DNA of 48,978 bases from a virus (taxonomy: Duplodnaviria; Heunggongvirae; Uroviricota; Caudoviricetes), in IMG/VR virus record IMGVR_UViG_2518285548_000002, positions 64,001 through 112,978 of that record, one strand, 5' to 3'. This document shows, piece by piece, positions 28,548-37,186 of this stretch. The first letter of the stretch is position 1. Each line of letters opens with the position of its first letter. The translations under genes and the position numbers were made by a program. The notes beneath the pieces were generated by a model that made no database searches, had not been told where the DNA came from, and worked only from the letters and a program-made list of their open reading frames with translations.

Positions 28548-29150
28548 ATGGCAATGCAAAAAGGTCTTGGTGCAATTCGTGACGCGGCAAACAACTCCAC
28601 ATCTATGCTGAAAATTATGCCTAATGAGTCGGCTGTAGTTCGTATCCTGACTCCTGCTGAGGAGATTATCTCTATCTGGGAGTACACGTTAGAAATCAAC
28701 GGTCAATGGAAAACAATTACGGCACTACCACGCAACGAAGACCCGTTGCAAGGTAGCGGTAATAAACCTGGATTCAAGTCCTACTTGGAAGTGTACGACT
28801 ACACTGATAAGAGGGTTAAAATCCTCAAGGCATCCCAGACTATGGGTACCCAGTTGCTTGGTCTAATTGAGGAATACGGTGATCTAACGAAACGTGACTT
28901 CAAGATCGCTCGTCAAGGTGAGAAGCTGAAAACGAAATACCAGTTCTTCGCTCGTGACCTTGAGCCATTTACTGAGAAGGTTGAACGCTTGAACATCGAA
29001 GCTTTGATTGAAGATCAAACGCTGACCCGTGATGCAATACTGGCATTGATGAACACTATTGGTAATGTTACTGATGCTCCGAGTGGTGATGTAAGTAATA
29101 GCGGAAACCAAGGTGGCGGCTCCAAGAATAACGATGACTTTCCTTTCTAA
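28548..29150 (+). CDS. Putative single-stranded DNA-binding protein (phage gp32-like)
   Basis: Position next to primase and PolA; DLTKRDFKIARQGEKLKTKYQF; Gly-rich linker and an acidic aromatic tail NDDFPF typical of SSBs. Confidence 0.7.
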   Translation: MAMQKGLGAIRDAANNSTSMLKIMPNESAVVRILTPAEEIISIWEYTLEINGQWKTITALPRNEDPLQGSGNKPGFKSYLEVYDYTDKRVKILKASQTMGTQLLGLIEEYGDLTKRDFKIARQGEKLKTKYQFFARDLEPFTEKVERLNIEALIEDQTLTRDAILALMNTIGNVTDAPSGDVSNSGNQGGGSKNNDDFPF

Positions 29151-29304
29151 GAAGAGGGTCATCTATAAAGACCTAACCGCTGATATTATCATTACGGAAT
29201 ACCTGATGGAGCAGGAATTTATGAAACTGTTTGAATTAGGTGAAATGTATGATGTAGCTCAGTGGATAGAACTCCCCGAATGGAATGAAAAGATCGCGAA
29301 GTGA
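29134..29304 (+). CDS. Possible small hypothetical protein
   Basis: 56-aa ORF overlapping the SSB end and finishing at a terminator; weak RBS. Confidence 0.4.
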   Translation: MTFLSKKRVIYKDLTADIIITEYLMEQEFMKLFELGEMYDVAQWIELPEWNEKIAK

Positions 29305-29320
29305 TTCGCGGTCTTTTTAT
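29290..29320 (+). terminator. Intrinsic terminator
   Basis: AAGATCGCGAA-gtga-TTCGCGGTCTT plus a T-run. Confidence 0.8.
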
Positions 29321-29321
29321 T

Positions 29322-29349
29322 TTAACTGTGGTCAGATCATGTCGTATAG
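29322..29349 (+). promoter_or_regulatory. Phage promoter motif copy 7
   Basis: TTAAC-N16-CGTATAGAG. Confidence 0.8.
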
Positions 29350-29368
29350 AGAACTTGAGGGAGGGGTT

Positions 29369-29428
29369 ATGTTGACCAATGAGGAGTTAGCCGCTAAAGA
29401 GGTTGACGTATACCGCGTACTAAACTAA
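29369..29428 (+). CDS. 19-aa micro-ORF MLTNEELAAKEVDVYRVLN
   Basis: Has its own promoter motif, RBS GGAGGGG and downstream terminator; below the ORF-track cutoff. Confidence 0.5.
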   Translation: MLTNEELAAKEVDVYRVLN

Positions 29429-29442
29429 ATAAGAGACTCCTC

Positions 29443-29479
29443 AAAGCACCCTTAACTGGGTGCTTTTCTTTTCGTATAG
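29443..29479 (+). promoter_or_regulatory. Terminator hairpin fused with phage promoter motif copy 8 (polA operon)
   Basis: AAAGCACCC-ttaact-GGGTGCTTT plus a T-run; TTAA 29452, CGTATAG 29473-29479. Confidence 0.82.
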
Positions 29480-29501
29480 AGAAAGTAGGAGGTGGTTGTG
29501 A

Positions 29502-31742
29502 GTGAATCTCGAAGTGGTGGAATTACCTAAGCGTAAGAGAGCATCACGCAAGAAAAATGCTATCGAGGAGACAAGTGCCCTAGAACTTACAGAACTCCTT
29601 GAGAGCCGTGAAGCCAAGACTGAGAAAAAGAAGTCTCGTGCTAAGGTGGGCGTAACGGAGAAGTCAGCCGCTAAGAAGGTCACTAAGAAAGAACAGCAGA
29701 TTACAGAGATGGCAAACAACACAGTCTTGCCTGACTATTACCACATGGTTTGGACTATGGAGGAACTGGACGATATGTGCAGTTGGCTACGTACCCAAAG
29801 TGTTGTGGCGGTGGATACGGAGACAATGGGTGTCAATCCGTTTGCTGACGAGATTGTGGGTATCAGCGTGTATGCACCTCACAGAGGATATTACATTCCA
29901 TTGAAACACGTTGAGGAGATTTGCTTACCACGAGAACTTGTAGCTGACATGCTACGCCCAATATTTGAAGACAGAAGCACAAAGTTCCTTCTGCACAACG
30001 CTAAGTTTGATATGCACATTTTATGGAACTGGATGCGGATTCGTCTAGTCCCTTGGCTCGATACTATGATCGGTCAGGCTGTGCTCGATGAGAACCAGTC
30101 GAAGGCACTCAAAGATATGGCACCGTTTTACTTGAAAGTAGAAGCAGATAAGTTCTCCACACTGTTCGGTAAGGTCACGTTCGATAAAATCCCGATCAAG
30201 CTTGACCCTAACACTCGGACTGGGTGCTTAGCGGGTTACTACGCCATTAAGGATACCGAGCTTACTTATCGTATGGCTGAGTTCCAGGGGCGGGCGTTGA
30301 ATCGTGGGAACCTCAAGAAATTATACGATCTGTTCTTCGATATAGAGATGCCATTTCTCGACATCGTATGGAAGGCAGAGCAAGCAGGGGTTCTTCTTGA
30401 TCGTGAGTACCTAGTAGAGAAAGTTGCAAAGGACTTACACAACGAACTTGAGCTTCTTAGACAGAAGATTTGGTCTTATACGGGAGAGATCAACCTTAAC
30501 TCCCCTGTACAGCTATCTGAAGCCCTCTATGTAAAGCTAGGGCTTCCTAAGGTCAATAAGGACAAGCCAACAAGCACCGACAAGAAAACTCTCAAAAAGC
30601 TGAAGAAGGCACATGAGGTGGTAGGGTTCCTCTTAGAGTTTCGTGAGAAGGTTAAGTTGACTACTGCCTTTGCTGACAAGCTACCTAAGAGCCTTGTTAA
30701 CGGTCGAGTACATACGTCATTCAACCCTGTTGGAACCAAGACGGGGCGAATGAGTTGTAATACCCCGAATCTTCAGCAAATACCCGCTAAGGTTGGTGGA
30801 CTCATCCGTAACGCCTTTATTGCTGATGACGGACGACTCCTAGCTTCTATCGACTTCTCGCAACAAGAACTCCGAGTACTTGCACATGTGTCGCAAGACG
30901 AGACCTTGTTGAAGATTTACCGAGATTGCTTGGATGTTCACAGCATGACCGCTGTAGGGATGTGGAATCGAAACAATGACAGTGTTACTTACGATGACTT
31001 CGAGTATCGCCGTGGTATGAAGGAGCTGTTCCTTGACCCTGACGGAAATCTCGTAGAGGTCAAGCTTATGGATGCTGAGTATGTTCGTAAGCTATTCAAC
31101 GAAGAGAAGATCAGAACCAAAGACCCTGAGACTATTCGAATGGATGTCGAACTGGGTATTAAGTACGAGAAATTCCGTAAGGATGCGAAGGTAGTTAACT
31201 TCGGTATTATCTACGGAATGTCTGAAAAGGGGTTAGCAGAGACCTTAGAGATCACCGAGGAGGAAGCAATCGAATACATCAAGGGTTACTTCGATGCCTA
31301 CCCAGGAGTTCTAAAATGGATGGCAGAACAACGCAAACTGATGAATGAGCTTCAGTATACGGAGACAATGTTAGGTCGCAAGCGCAGAGTCTACGAGGAG
31401 ATGCAGTCAGGCAAGAAGTGGCTCATCGGTCGTGGACATCGAATGGGAATTAACGCAGTAATTCAAGGTTCTTCTGCTGACATGGTTAAGCTTGCTTCGA
31501 TTAAGCTCCAACCTCTGCTAGAGGAACTGGACGCGAAAATCGTGATGTGGGTGCATGACGAGATCATCTTCGATGTACCCGAAGACATTGGTATGGACAA
31601 TCTTCGCAGAATTGCTGACATCATGTGTAACGCGCTTCCACTCGATTGCGGATTAAAGTCTGACATCGAGGTAGGTAAGAAGTGGGGTCAAAAAATGTCT
31701 GAGGATGATCTTTCTATGTTCTTGGAGGAGGATGCGGCATGA
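29502..31742 (+). CDS. polA: DNA polymerase, family A, with 3'-5' exonuclease domain
   Basis: VAVDTET, HNAKFD, YAIKD (exonuclease); GTKTGRMSCNTPNLQQIP, IDFSQQELR, RKDAKVVNFGIIYG, AVIQGSSAD, VHDEI. Confidence 0.95.
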   Translation: MNLEVVELPKRKRASRKKNAIEETSALELTELLESREAKTEKKKSRAKVGVTEKSAAKKVTKKEQQITEMANNTVLPDYYHMVWTMEELDDMCSWLRTQSVVAVDTETMGVNPFADEIVGISVYAPHRGYYIPLKHVEEICLPRELVADMLRPIFEDRSTKFLLHNAKFDMHILWNWMRIRLVPWLDTMIGQAVLDENQSKALKDMAPFYLKVEADKFSTLFGKVTFDKIPIKLDPNTRTGCLAGYYAIKDTELTYRMAEFQGRALNRGNLKKLYDLFFDIEMPFLDIVWKAEQAGVLLDREYLVEKVAKDLHNELELLRQKIWSYTGEINLNSPVQLSEALYVKLGLPKVNKDKPTSTDKKTLKKLKKAHEVVGFLLEFREKVKLTTAFADKLPKSLVNGRVHTSFNPVGTKTGRMSCNTPNLQQIPAKVGGLIRNAFIADDGRLLASIDFSQQELRVLAHVSQDETLLKIYRDCLDVHSMTAVGMWNRNNDSVTYDDFEYRRGMKELFLDPDGNLVEVKLMDAEYVRKLFNEEKIRTKDPETIRMDVELGIKYEKFRKDAKVVNFGIIYGMSEKGLAETLEITEEEAIEYIKGYFDAYPGVLKWMAEQRKLMNELQYTETMLGRKRRVYEEMQSGKKWLIGRGHRMGINAVIQGSSADMVKLASIKLQPLLEELDAKIVMWVHDEIIFDVPEDIGMDNLRRIADIMCNALPLDCGLKSDIEVGKKWGQKMSEDDLSMFLEEDAA

Positions 31743-31933
31743 TGCAAGTCAAAAGCGGCGTGTGGGTCAGGAACTCTGACCCTGAAGTTCGCATTTTAAT
31801 AGAGCGGGTCTACAAATCCAAGGACTATGTGGACTACTTTTACTTCATGTGTAAGTACACGGGCGGCGGCAGAATCACAAAAGCCGAACTGCTTGATCAA
31901 TATACCCGAGAGAAGAGAAATGAGGAAATTTGA
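31739..31933 (+). CDS. Hypothetical protein
   Basis: 64 aa, ATGA overlap, RBS GGAGGAGG. Confidence 0.6.
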   Translation: MMQVKSGVWVRNSDPEVRILIERVYKSKDYVDYFYFMCKYTGGGRITKAELLDQYTREKRNEEI

Positions 31934-32453
31934 AATGGTAATGCCTAAAGAAATCGAGCGTAAGTTCTTAGTACTAAACCCTGAGGAAGTCTTGGCTCAA
32001 GACTATCGAATTGTCACTAATACAATGACATATCAATCATACCTTGCGACAGGGAATTCTGAAGTTCGTGTTCGTCATACCGAGATGCAGGACGATAATA
32101 ACCAAACCATTGACCACCACTACTTCTTGACTATTAAGCATGGTCTTGGACTGGTGAGAGATGAGTTGGAGAACCGCATTTCACAGAACACATACTATCA
32201 AATTAGTGACTTGATTCCTGAGAAGCACATCTCAAAACGCCGCAAGGAACTTTCTATCGAGATTGACGGGGTAGAGCGCTTAGTTGAGTTCGATCACTAC
32301 GAGGACATCAACACCTTCATTATTGAGATCGAGTTCCCGTCTGAAGAAGAAGCAGAAAAGTTTATCCCTCCTTCTTGGTTCGGTAAAGAGGTAACTGAAG
32401 ACAAGAGCTACAAGGCTCAGAACATTTGGAAAGCTCTAAACAATAAAAAATAA
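31920..32453 (+). CDS. CYTH (triphosphate tunnel metalloenzyme) domain protein
   Basis: EIERKFLV, YL...EVRVR, LTIK, KRR, EFDHY, EIEF, PPSWFGKEVTEDKSYK. Confidence 0.88.
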   Translation: MRKFEMVMPKEIERKFLVLNPEEVLAQDYRIVTNTMTYQSYLATGNSEVRVRHTEMQDDNNQTIDHHYFLTIKHGLGLVRDELENRISQNTYYQISDLIPEKHISKRRKELSIEIDGVERLVEFDHYEDINTFIIEIEFPSEEEAEKFIPPSWFGKEVTEDKSYKAQNIWKALNNKK

Positions 32454-32472
32454 ACTGGGGGAAAATGTAGTC

Positions 32473-32892
32473 ATGACACCTATTCTTGAGATTAATAAAG
32501 GGTTCTCAATAAGTGATGCCCGTAATCTACCTGAAGGTAACTGGTTCAAAGAGAAGGGTTACTTCATGCAAGGCAAACCCAAATCATACACTCCTATCCA
32601 TGTGTACCTAAAAGAGCAAGACCTCCGTTTGTATTTCTGGTTTGACCATGACTTCTCTGAATGGTTCCGAAAGTACCTGACTCTTACAGGCGACTACGAG
32701 GGTAATGCTCTCGAAATCTATGGGATGTACTCAGAGCAGAGGGTCAAGGAGCTAAATAAACACGAAGCTAACCTTGGTGACAAAGCTATCGAAAAGAGCT
32801 ATAGCTATACTCTTGGTGGACGTAAGTTCTACTTCGTTGAACGCTTCGTAAACGTGAAGGTCGAAGTCTTGTGGCGTAAGGGTGGTTACTAA
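32473..32892 (+). CDS. Hypothetical protein
   Basis: 139 aa with RBS GGGGG. Confidence 0.7.
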   Translation: MTPILEINKGFSISDARNLPEGNWFKEKGYFMQGKPKSYTPIHVYLKEQDLRLYFWFDHDFSEWFRKYLTLTGDYEGNALEIYGMYSEQRVKELNKHEANLGDKAIEKSYSYTLGGRKFYFVERFVNVKVEVLWRKGGY

Positions 32893-33353
32893 TGCAAATA
32901 GCCATCTTCACTGATGGCTCGACATCTGCTAACGGTAAGCCAAACTGTGTTGGAGGGTGGGGAGCTGTGCTCCTCGTCCTTGACAATAACAGGCAAGTGC
33001 TTCACTACAAGGAGCTGTCGGGCGGTAAGAAAGGGACGACCATCGGAGAGATGGAACTGATGGCGGCATATGAAGCCATCAGAAGTCTGGACTTCGACAA
33101 AGCAAAGCATTGGAACATCCACATCGTATCCGACAGCCAGTATGTAGTGAACGCCTTCAAGGAGCGTTGCTACAAGTGGAAGATGGAGGGATGGGTTGAC
33201 CGACCAAACCTTAACCTTATCAAGTCAATATACCGCATGTCCGAATACCTCAATGTCAAGTGGCACTGGGTTAAGGGGCATGACGGAAATAAATACAACG
33301 AACGAGCTGATGAGCTTGCAAAAGAAGCCAAGGAAAGGATGAAGGAATTGTGA
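32892..33353 (+). CDS. rnhA: Ribonuclease HI
   Basis: FTDGS, GGWG, GEMELMA, IVSDSQYV, WVKGHDGNKYNERADELA. Confidence 0.93.
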   Translation: MQIAIFTDGSTSANGKPNCVGGWGAVLLVLDNNRQVLHYKELSGGKKGTTIGEMELMAAYEAIRSLDFDKAKHWNIHIVSDSQYVVNAFKERCYKWKMEGWVDRPNLNLIKSIYRMSEYLNVKWHWVKGHDGNKYNERADELAKEAKERMKEL

Positions 33354-33520
33354 CGGTAGTAGCTTGGATTTTCCTAACTGTATTCGGGCTTATTGGTTTC
33401 TTATTCCTTCGCAAGTTGATGTTGGAGAAGGTGAACAAGCACGAGCTGTACTTGATGCTGTTCTCTATCATTGTTACCGCATTATCTGCGGGTGTTATAT
33501 GGGGAGGGTTGTTCCGATGA
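33350..33520 (+). CDS. 56-aa two-TM membrane protein
   Basis: MTVVAWIFLTVFGLIGFLFLRKLMLEKVNKHELYLMLFSIIVTALSAGVIWGGLFR; GTGA and ATGA overlaps with both neighbours; not in the ORF track. Confidence 0.7.
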   Translation: MTVVAWIFLTVFGLIGFLFLRKLMLEKVNKHELYLMLFSIIVTALSAGVIWGGLFR

Positions 33521-34332
33521 GTCTAAAGAAACTTGCGAACATGGTAAAGAAGGAACAGAAGGCAAATAACAAGACCCCTGAGGAACTGTTTGTAGCTGTG
33601 CTCGACAAATTCCTCACTGGTCGTGACAATAAACGGTCAGGTAGATTGGCGTTTAACCCATCGAGCTACTACAAATGCGGGCGTATGCAGTTCTACAAGC
33701 TGACGGAACAGCCCGCCAAGAAGAAGCGTTATCCTCGCTCCGAGCGCATCCTTGACGTTGGTACTCAGCTTCACGAATGGGTTCAGACCCAGGTACTTAT
33801 GAAGATGGATGGAGACGACAATTCCACGATCAAGCTGATTCCTCTTGAGGAACTTCCTACCTACGGAGCTGAAGGCATTGAGTGGATTAAAGAGCATAAC
33901 GCCCCACCAATGGAGGTTAAATTCGTGGATAACCGATGGACGAAGAAGTTCCCGATCTCCGCAATGGTGGATGGGGCGTTGACATTCATGAACAAGGACA
34001 TTCTGTTTGAGTTCAAGACCATTAACCCAACGGACTATGAAAAGATTATTGAACCGCTAAAAGACCACCTGAAGCAGGGTGCTATCTACTGTTTAGGAAC
34101 AGGAACGAAGTACGTGATGTTCCTTTACCTTAACAAAGGTAACCAGGAGTGGAAGGCTTACATGGTTGAGTACCGTCAGGAGCAATTGGACTGGGTGGTA
34201 GCCCGCATCACTACTATTGAGGACTACGTTATTCGTGGGGAATTACCTCCTAAGGAGGAAAGTGCTAATTGCAAGTACTGCGAGTTCAAGTACCTATGTG
34301 ACGCAGACATAAAGGAGCCGAAGAAGAAATGA
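33517..34332 (+). CDS. Cas4-like PD-(D/E)XK exonuclease with 4-Cys cluster
   Basis: PSSYYKCGR, GTQLHEWVQ, MVDG, FEFKT, QGAIY, CKYCEFKYLC. Start moved to ATG 33517 (RBS GGGGAGG). Confidence 0.85.
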   Translation: MSLKKLANMVKKEQKANNKTPEELFVAVLDKFLTGRDNKRSGRLAFNPSSYYKCGRMQFYKLTEQPAKKKRYPRSERILDVGTQLHEWVQTQVLMKMDGDDNSTIKLIPLEELPTYGAEGIEWIKEHNAPPMEVKFVDNRWTKKFPISAMVDGALTFMNKDILFEFKTINPTDYEKIIEPLKDHLKQGAIYCLGTGTKYVMFLYLNKGNQEWKAYMVEYRQEQLDWVVARITTIEDYVIRGELPPKEESANCKYCEFKYLCDADIKEPKKK

Positions 34333-34688
34333 CCGTGATGAAGTGGGAACAGGAGCGTCGAGAGTGGGTCAAGTCGTTGAAAGAAGGCGACAAGGTTGCT
34401 TATTACAACACTATACAACATGGGTCTGAGAGACGATACAAGATTCTGACCGTCAAGAAGATTACTTCAAAAGGAAAGATTAGACTCTCTGACGACACTC
34501 TATTTGATGAGAAGGGAGACTATCGTTCTGGTACGGGATGGTACAGAAACTTCTACCGTCTTGAGCCAGTTACTAAAGAAATTATCGACCACATACGTAG
34601 GACTAAAATTCTTTACGATCTCAACAACACCAAGTTCGATAGCCTGACGTTGGACAAACTTGAAGAAATCATAAAGATCATCTCTTAA
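34329..34688 (+). CDS. Hypothetical protein (SH3/KOW-like beta barrel pattern)
   Basis: LKEGDKVAYY...ILTVKKITSKGKIRL. Confidence 0.65.
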   Translation: MTVMKWEQERREWVKSLKEGDKVAYYNTIQHGSERRYKILTVKKITSKGKIRLSDDTLFDEKGDYRSGTGWYRNFYRLEPVTKEIIDHIRRTKILYDLNNTKFDSLTLDKLEEIIKIIS

Positions 34689-34712
34689 CAATCACCACCT
34701 CGGTTCGTATAG
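34685..34712 (+). promoter_or_regulatory. Phage promoter motif copy 9
   Basis: TTAAC (overlapping the stop codon)-N16-CGTATAGAG. Confidence 0.8.
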
Positions 34713-34754
34713 AGAAAGTGTAAGGCGATTTAAGAACATCGAGGAGGAATTAGG

Positions 34755-35054
34755 ATGAAAGAGCAACCAAAAGTTAGCCAGTTCTTCAATATCCGTAAGA
34801 ACATCATAGAGATGGTTAAAGCCTTCCCTGAAGTTAAGGAGAATTACAACGAGCTTATATCTACCTACTGGGTACTATACGATAACCTGAAGGATATATC
34901 GGAGATTTGCAAGTCTACACCTGCTGAGACGATTACTCGCCAGTTCCGCAAATTGGTCGAGCTTGGAGAGGTTACACCACCTGTAAGGGTTCTTGAAGCT
35001 CGACAGGAGAAAGCTCGTGAGTTCCGAACAGAGTTCACAGCATTAGGGGGATGA
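34755..35054 (+). CDS. Hypothetical protein
   Basis: RBS GAGGAGG; 99 aa. Confidence 0.7.
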   Translation: MKEQPKVSQFFNIRKNIIEMVKAFPEVKENYNELISTYWVLYDNLKDISEICKSTPAETITRQFRKLVELGEVTPPVRVLEARQEKAREFRTEFTALGG

Positions 35055-35055
35055 G

Positions 35056-35160
35056 ATGATGTTTAATAAGCAGGTTGATCCACAAGTTCTCACTGTAATA
35101 ATACTTCTTTTCTTCTATGCTCTCGGCGTACTTAGCGGATTTTTGTACTACGGGGGTTAA
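35056..35160 (+). CDS. 34-aa single-TM peptide
   Basis: MMFNKQVDPQVLTVIILLFFYALGVLSGFLYYGG; RBS AGGGGG; fills the gap exactly. Confidence 0.55.
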   Translation: MMFNKQVDPQVLTVIILLFFYALGVLSGFLYYGG

Positions 35161-35165
35161 GAGAT

Positions 35166-35510
35166 ATGGGAGATAAGTTATGGAAAGCATTCGAACGATG
35201 GGTAGGTAAAAACATATTTGACGGGGCTAAGCGGAACATGGGGTCGGGGGCAATCAACAAAACCGACCAAGGTGAAGATCGTACTGGTGATGTCATTCAC
35301 CCTACCTACGAGATTGAGTGTAAATGTTATCAGAAGATTGCGGTATTTCGTTGGTGGGACAAGCTGAAGTTGGAAGCCAAAAAATCAGGTAAAACTCCTA
35401 TATTAGTCATGAAAGAAAAGGGAGATAACCAGGATGTACTAGTGACTATTCACTATACCCACTTTAATGAACTGAAAGAAACAAAGAAAAAATTGGAGGA
35501 ATTGACATGA
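35166..35510 (+). CDS. Holliday junction resolvase-like PD-(D/E)XK nuclease
   Basis: KAFER, GSGA, GDVIHPTYEIECK, WWDKLKLEA...KTPILV. Confidence 0.8.
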   Translation: MGDKLWKAFERWVGKNIFDGAKRNMGSGAINKTDQGEDRTGDVIHPTYEIECKCYQKIAVFRWWDKLKLEAKKSGKTPILVMKEKGDNQDVLVTIHYTHFNELKETKKKLEELT

Positions 35511-35617
35511 ACAAAAAATCAAAAGTATGGCTTGTCGTTGGTATTTGGGTGAACCTTTGGAATATTGGACTGAATTGTTACGTCCTTTGGCTAATAGCAA
35601 AGAAATTTGGTCTGTAA
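35507..35617 (+). CDS. 36-aa hydrophobic peptide
   Basis: MNKKSKVWLVVGIWVNLWNIGLNCYVLWLIAKKFGL; RBS GGAGG, ATGA overlap. Confidence 0.55.
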   Translation: MNKKSKVWLVVGIWVNLWNIGLNCYVLWLIAKKFGL

Positions 35618-35755
35618 TTGCCTAAGAAAAAATTGGGGGATTTATAGCAAATTTAATTCTCCTCGTTTTGGATTTGATTACATTACCTACTATGGTCGCT
35701 AATGTATATGTTTGAGGAAATATATCCAACAAAACTGAAAGGTGCGAAGTAATTA

Positions 35756-36307
35756 ATGCCCACTATTACTCGACAGCATATCGAGCAAGGCATCGAAAAC
35801 TTCACGTCAAGAGAATCTACCAAGTCTAAAATAGCTAAGGCGGGTCTACCAGTCCCGCCGAAGCCTGAGGACGCTGTGAATGGGGTTGACCTTTTCACGG
35901 AGTGGGAACAGATGAAACGAAGGTACGGTGGGGTGGCTAACGTGCCATTCTCCGAGCTAGGTGACTTCCTTGACAGGTGGACAACGATGATCTCCTATGC
36001 GAGATACTGTGAAGCCTTAGCTGACATCGACCAAGCTACTGCTCGGGAGATCAGGGACACAATCAAGAAACAATTGTACACGATACAGGAAGGTAGCCGC
36101 GAATTACGGGATGCCTCAGTTCATACGGAGCCTGTTTATATCGAATGGGAACAGACGTATACACAGAACCTCGCAACATTTATCACATTCCGCGCTCTAC
36201 GCGAAGGATACGAGCACCGCGCAAATGCGATCTCTCGGGAGATAACCCGTAGGGGTAACGATAATCTGGATACGAGAAGACAATTGAACAGGGGGAATCT
36301 GGCATGA
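35756..36307 (+). CDS. Hypothetical protein (helical)
   Basis: 183 aa, RBS AAAGGTG. Confidence 0.75.
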   Translation: MPTITRQHIEQGIENFTSRESTKSKIAKAGLPVPPKPEDAVNGVDLFTEWEQMKRRYGGVANVPFSELGDFLDRWTTMISYARYCEALADIDQATAREIRDTIKKQLYTIQEGSRELRDASVHTEPVYIEWEQTYTQNLATFITFRALREGYEHRANAISREITRRGNDNLDTRRQLNRGNLA

Positions 36308-36690
36308 GTAAGGATTTTCGATTGGTTGAGTTGGGTCACGAGCTTTTGGGGTTGCGTCTGAAGAAGTCTGAGATTGAGATTGCTGAAACCCGAATCAAGG
36401 ACGTTATCGCGGATATCCTTCGGGAGGAAGGCGTTGCAGAGAAAGTGGTTCCAGTGGATGAGCTTCATTGCCTTGCGTTCAAAAACAACTACCGTTACAC
36501 GAAGTCCTTCGACAAGGATGGTCTCGCATCTAAGACTGGTCGTGAGCGTGATGAACTGGACTACCAAGGGGTGTCTGCTCTCGTTGAGAAGCAAGTCGTC
36601 ACTTCCCATGTAGTTGGTCAGTTCCTCAGCGAGAATAAGTCTGAGTTTGTAACAGTTCGCAGACGCAAGCTTGAAAAGAAAAAGAAGTAA
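36304..36690 (+). CDS. Hypothetical protein
   Basis: 128 aa, ATGA overlap. Confidence 0.7.
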   Translation: MSKDFRLVELGHELLGLRLKKSEIEIAETRIKDVIADILREEGVAEKVVPVDELHCLAFKNNYRYTKSFDKDGLASKTGRERDELDYQGVSALVEKQVVTSHVVGQFLSENKSEFVTVRRRKLEKKKK

Positions 36691-36702
36691 GGAGGTAGCG
36701 GC

Positions 36703-36885
36703 ATGGAGATGAGCTTCCACAACTTAGTTCACGAGAAGATTATCCCGTTCATGCAGGGGAATAATCTCACGGATGGTACATTTAAGACCTCCGTGGGAGA
36801 CTCCGCTGTAATCAAACGGGATAAGCACGGCTTCTACAGCGTGAAGATTACCACAAGGGAGGATGTACGACTTGGTAAGGTTTGA
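36703..36885 (+). CDS. Hypothetical protein
   Basis: 60 aa, RBS AAGGAGGT. Confidence 0.7.
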   Translation: MEMSFHNLVHEKIIPFMQGNNLTDGTFKTSVGDSAVIKRDKHGFYSVKITTREDVRLGKV

Positions 36886-37183
36886 TGTTGTGGTCAGGGA
36901 TGGTAGTAGTTACGTAACGATATCACAGGGTTTCGAGCGAACTGTAATGGCTACAGGCATAGCCCTCGCTGACTTCAAGAAGTACCCGAAGATTAACAAT
37001 GAGTACTCATACAGTGAGTATGTGTATAAAGTCCTTGGCGGGTTCACAGACTTGCTTCGCGCTTTGAATGAGGTTGATAAGTTTGATGAACGGTCGCTCA
37101 ACAATGCTGTCGGTGCATTCGCTCCCTTCGTAACCATGAAGAAGGGTTGGGCAGAGATAGAAAAATTCGCAGAGGGGGAGTAA
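36863..37183 (+). CDS. Hypothetical protein
   Basis: 106 aa in a coupled run of genes. Confidence 0.65.
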   Translation: MYDLVRFDVVVRDGSSYVTISQGFERTVMATGIALADFKKYPKINNEYSYSEYVYKVLGGFTDLLRALNEVDKFDERSLNNAVGAFAPFVTMKKGWAEIEKFAEGE

Positions 37184-37186
37184 TCA

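Noticed and set aside
33517-34332. Cas4-like gene as evidence of a CRISPR-Cas locus
   Set aside because: No repeat-spacer array or other cas genes are seen in the window.
35618-35755. AT-rich gap that might hide a small gene or RNA
   Set aside because: Only very short ORFs without a properly spaced RBS; no convincing hairpin or promoter motif.
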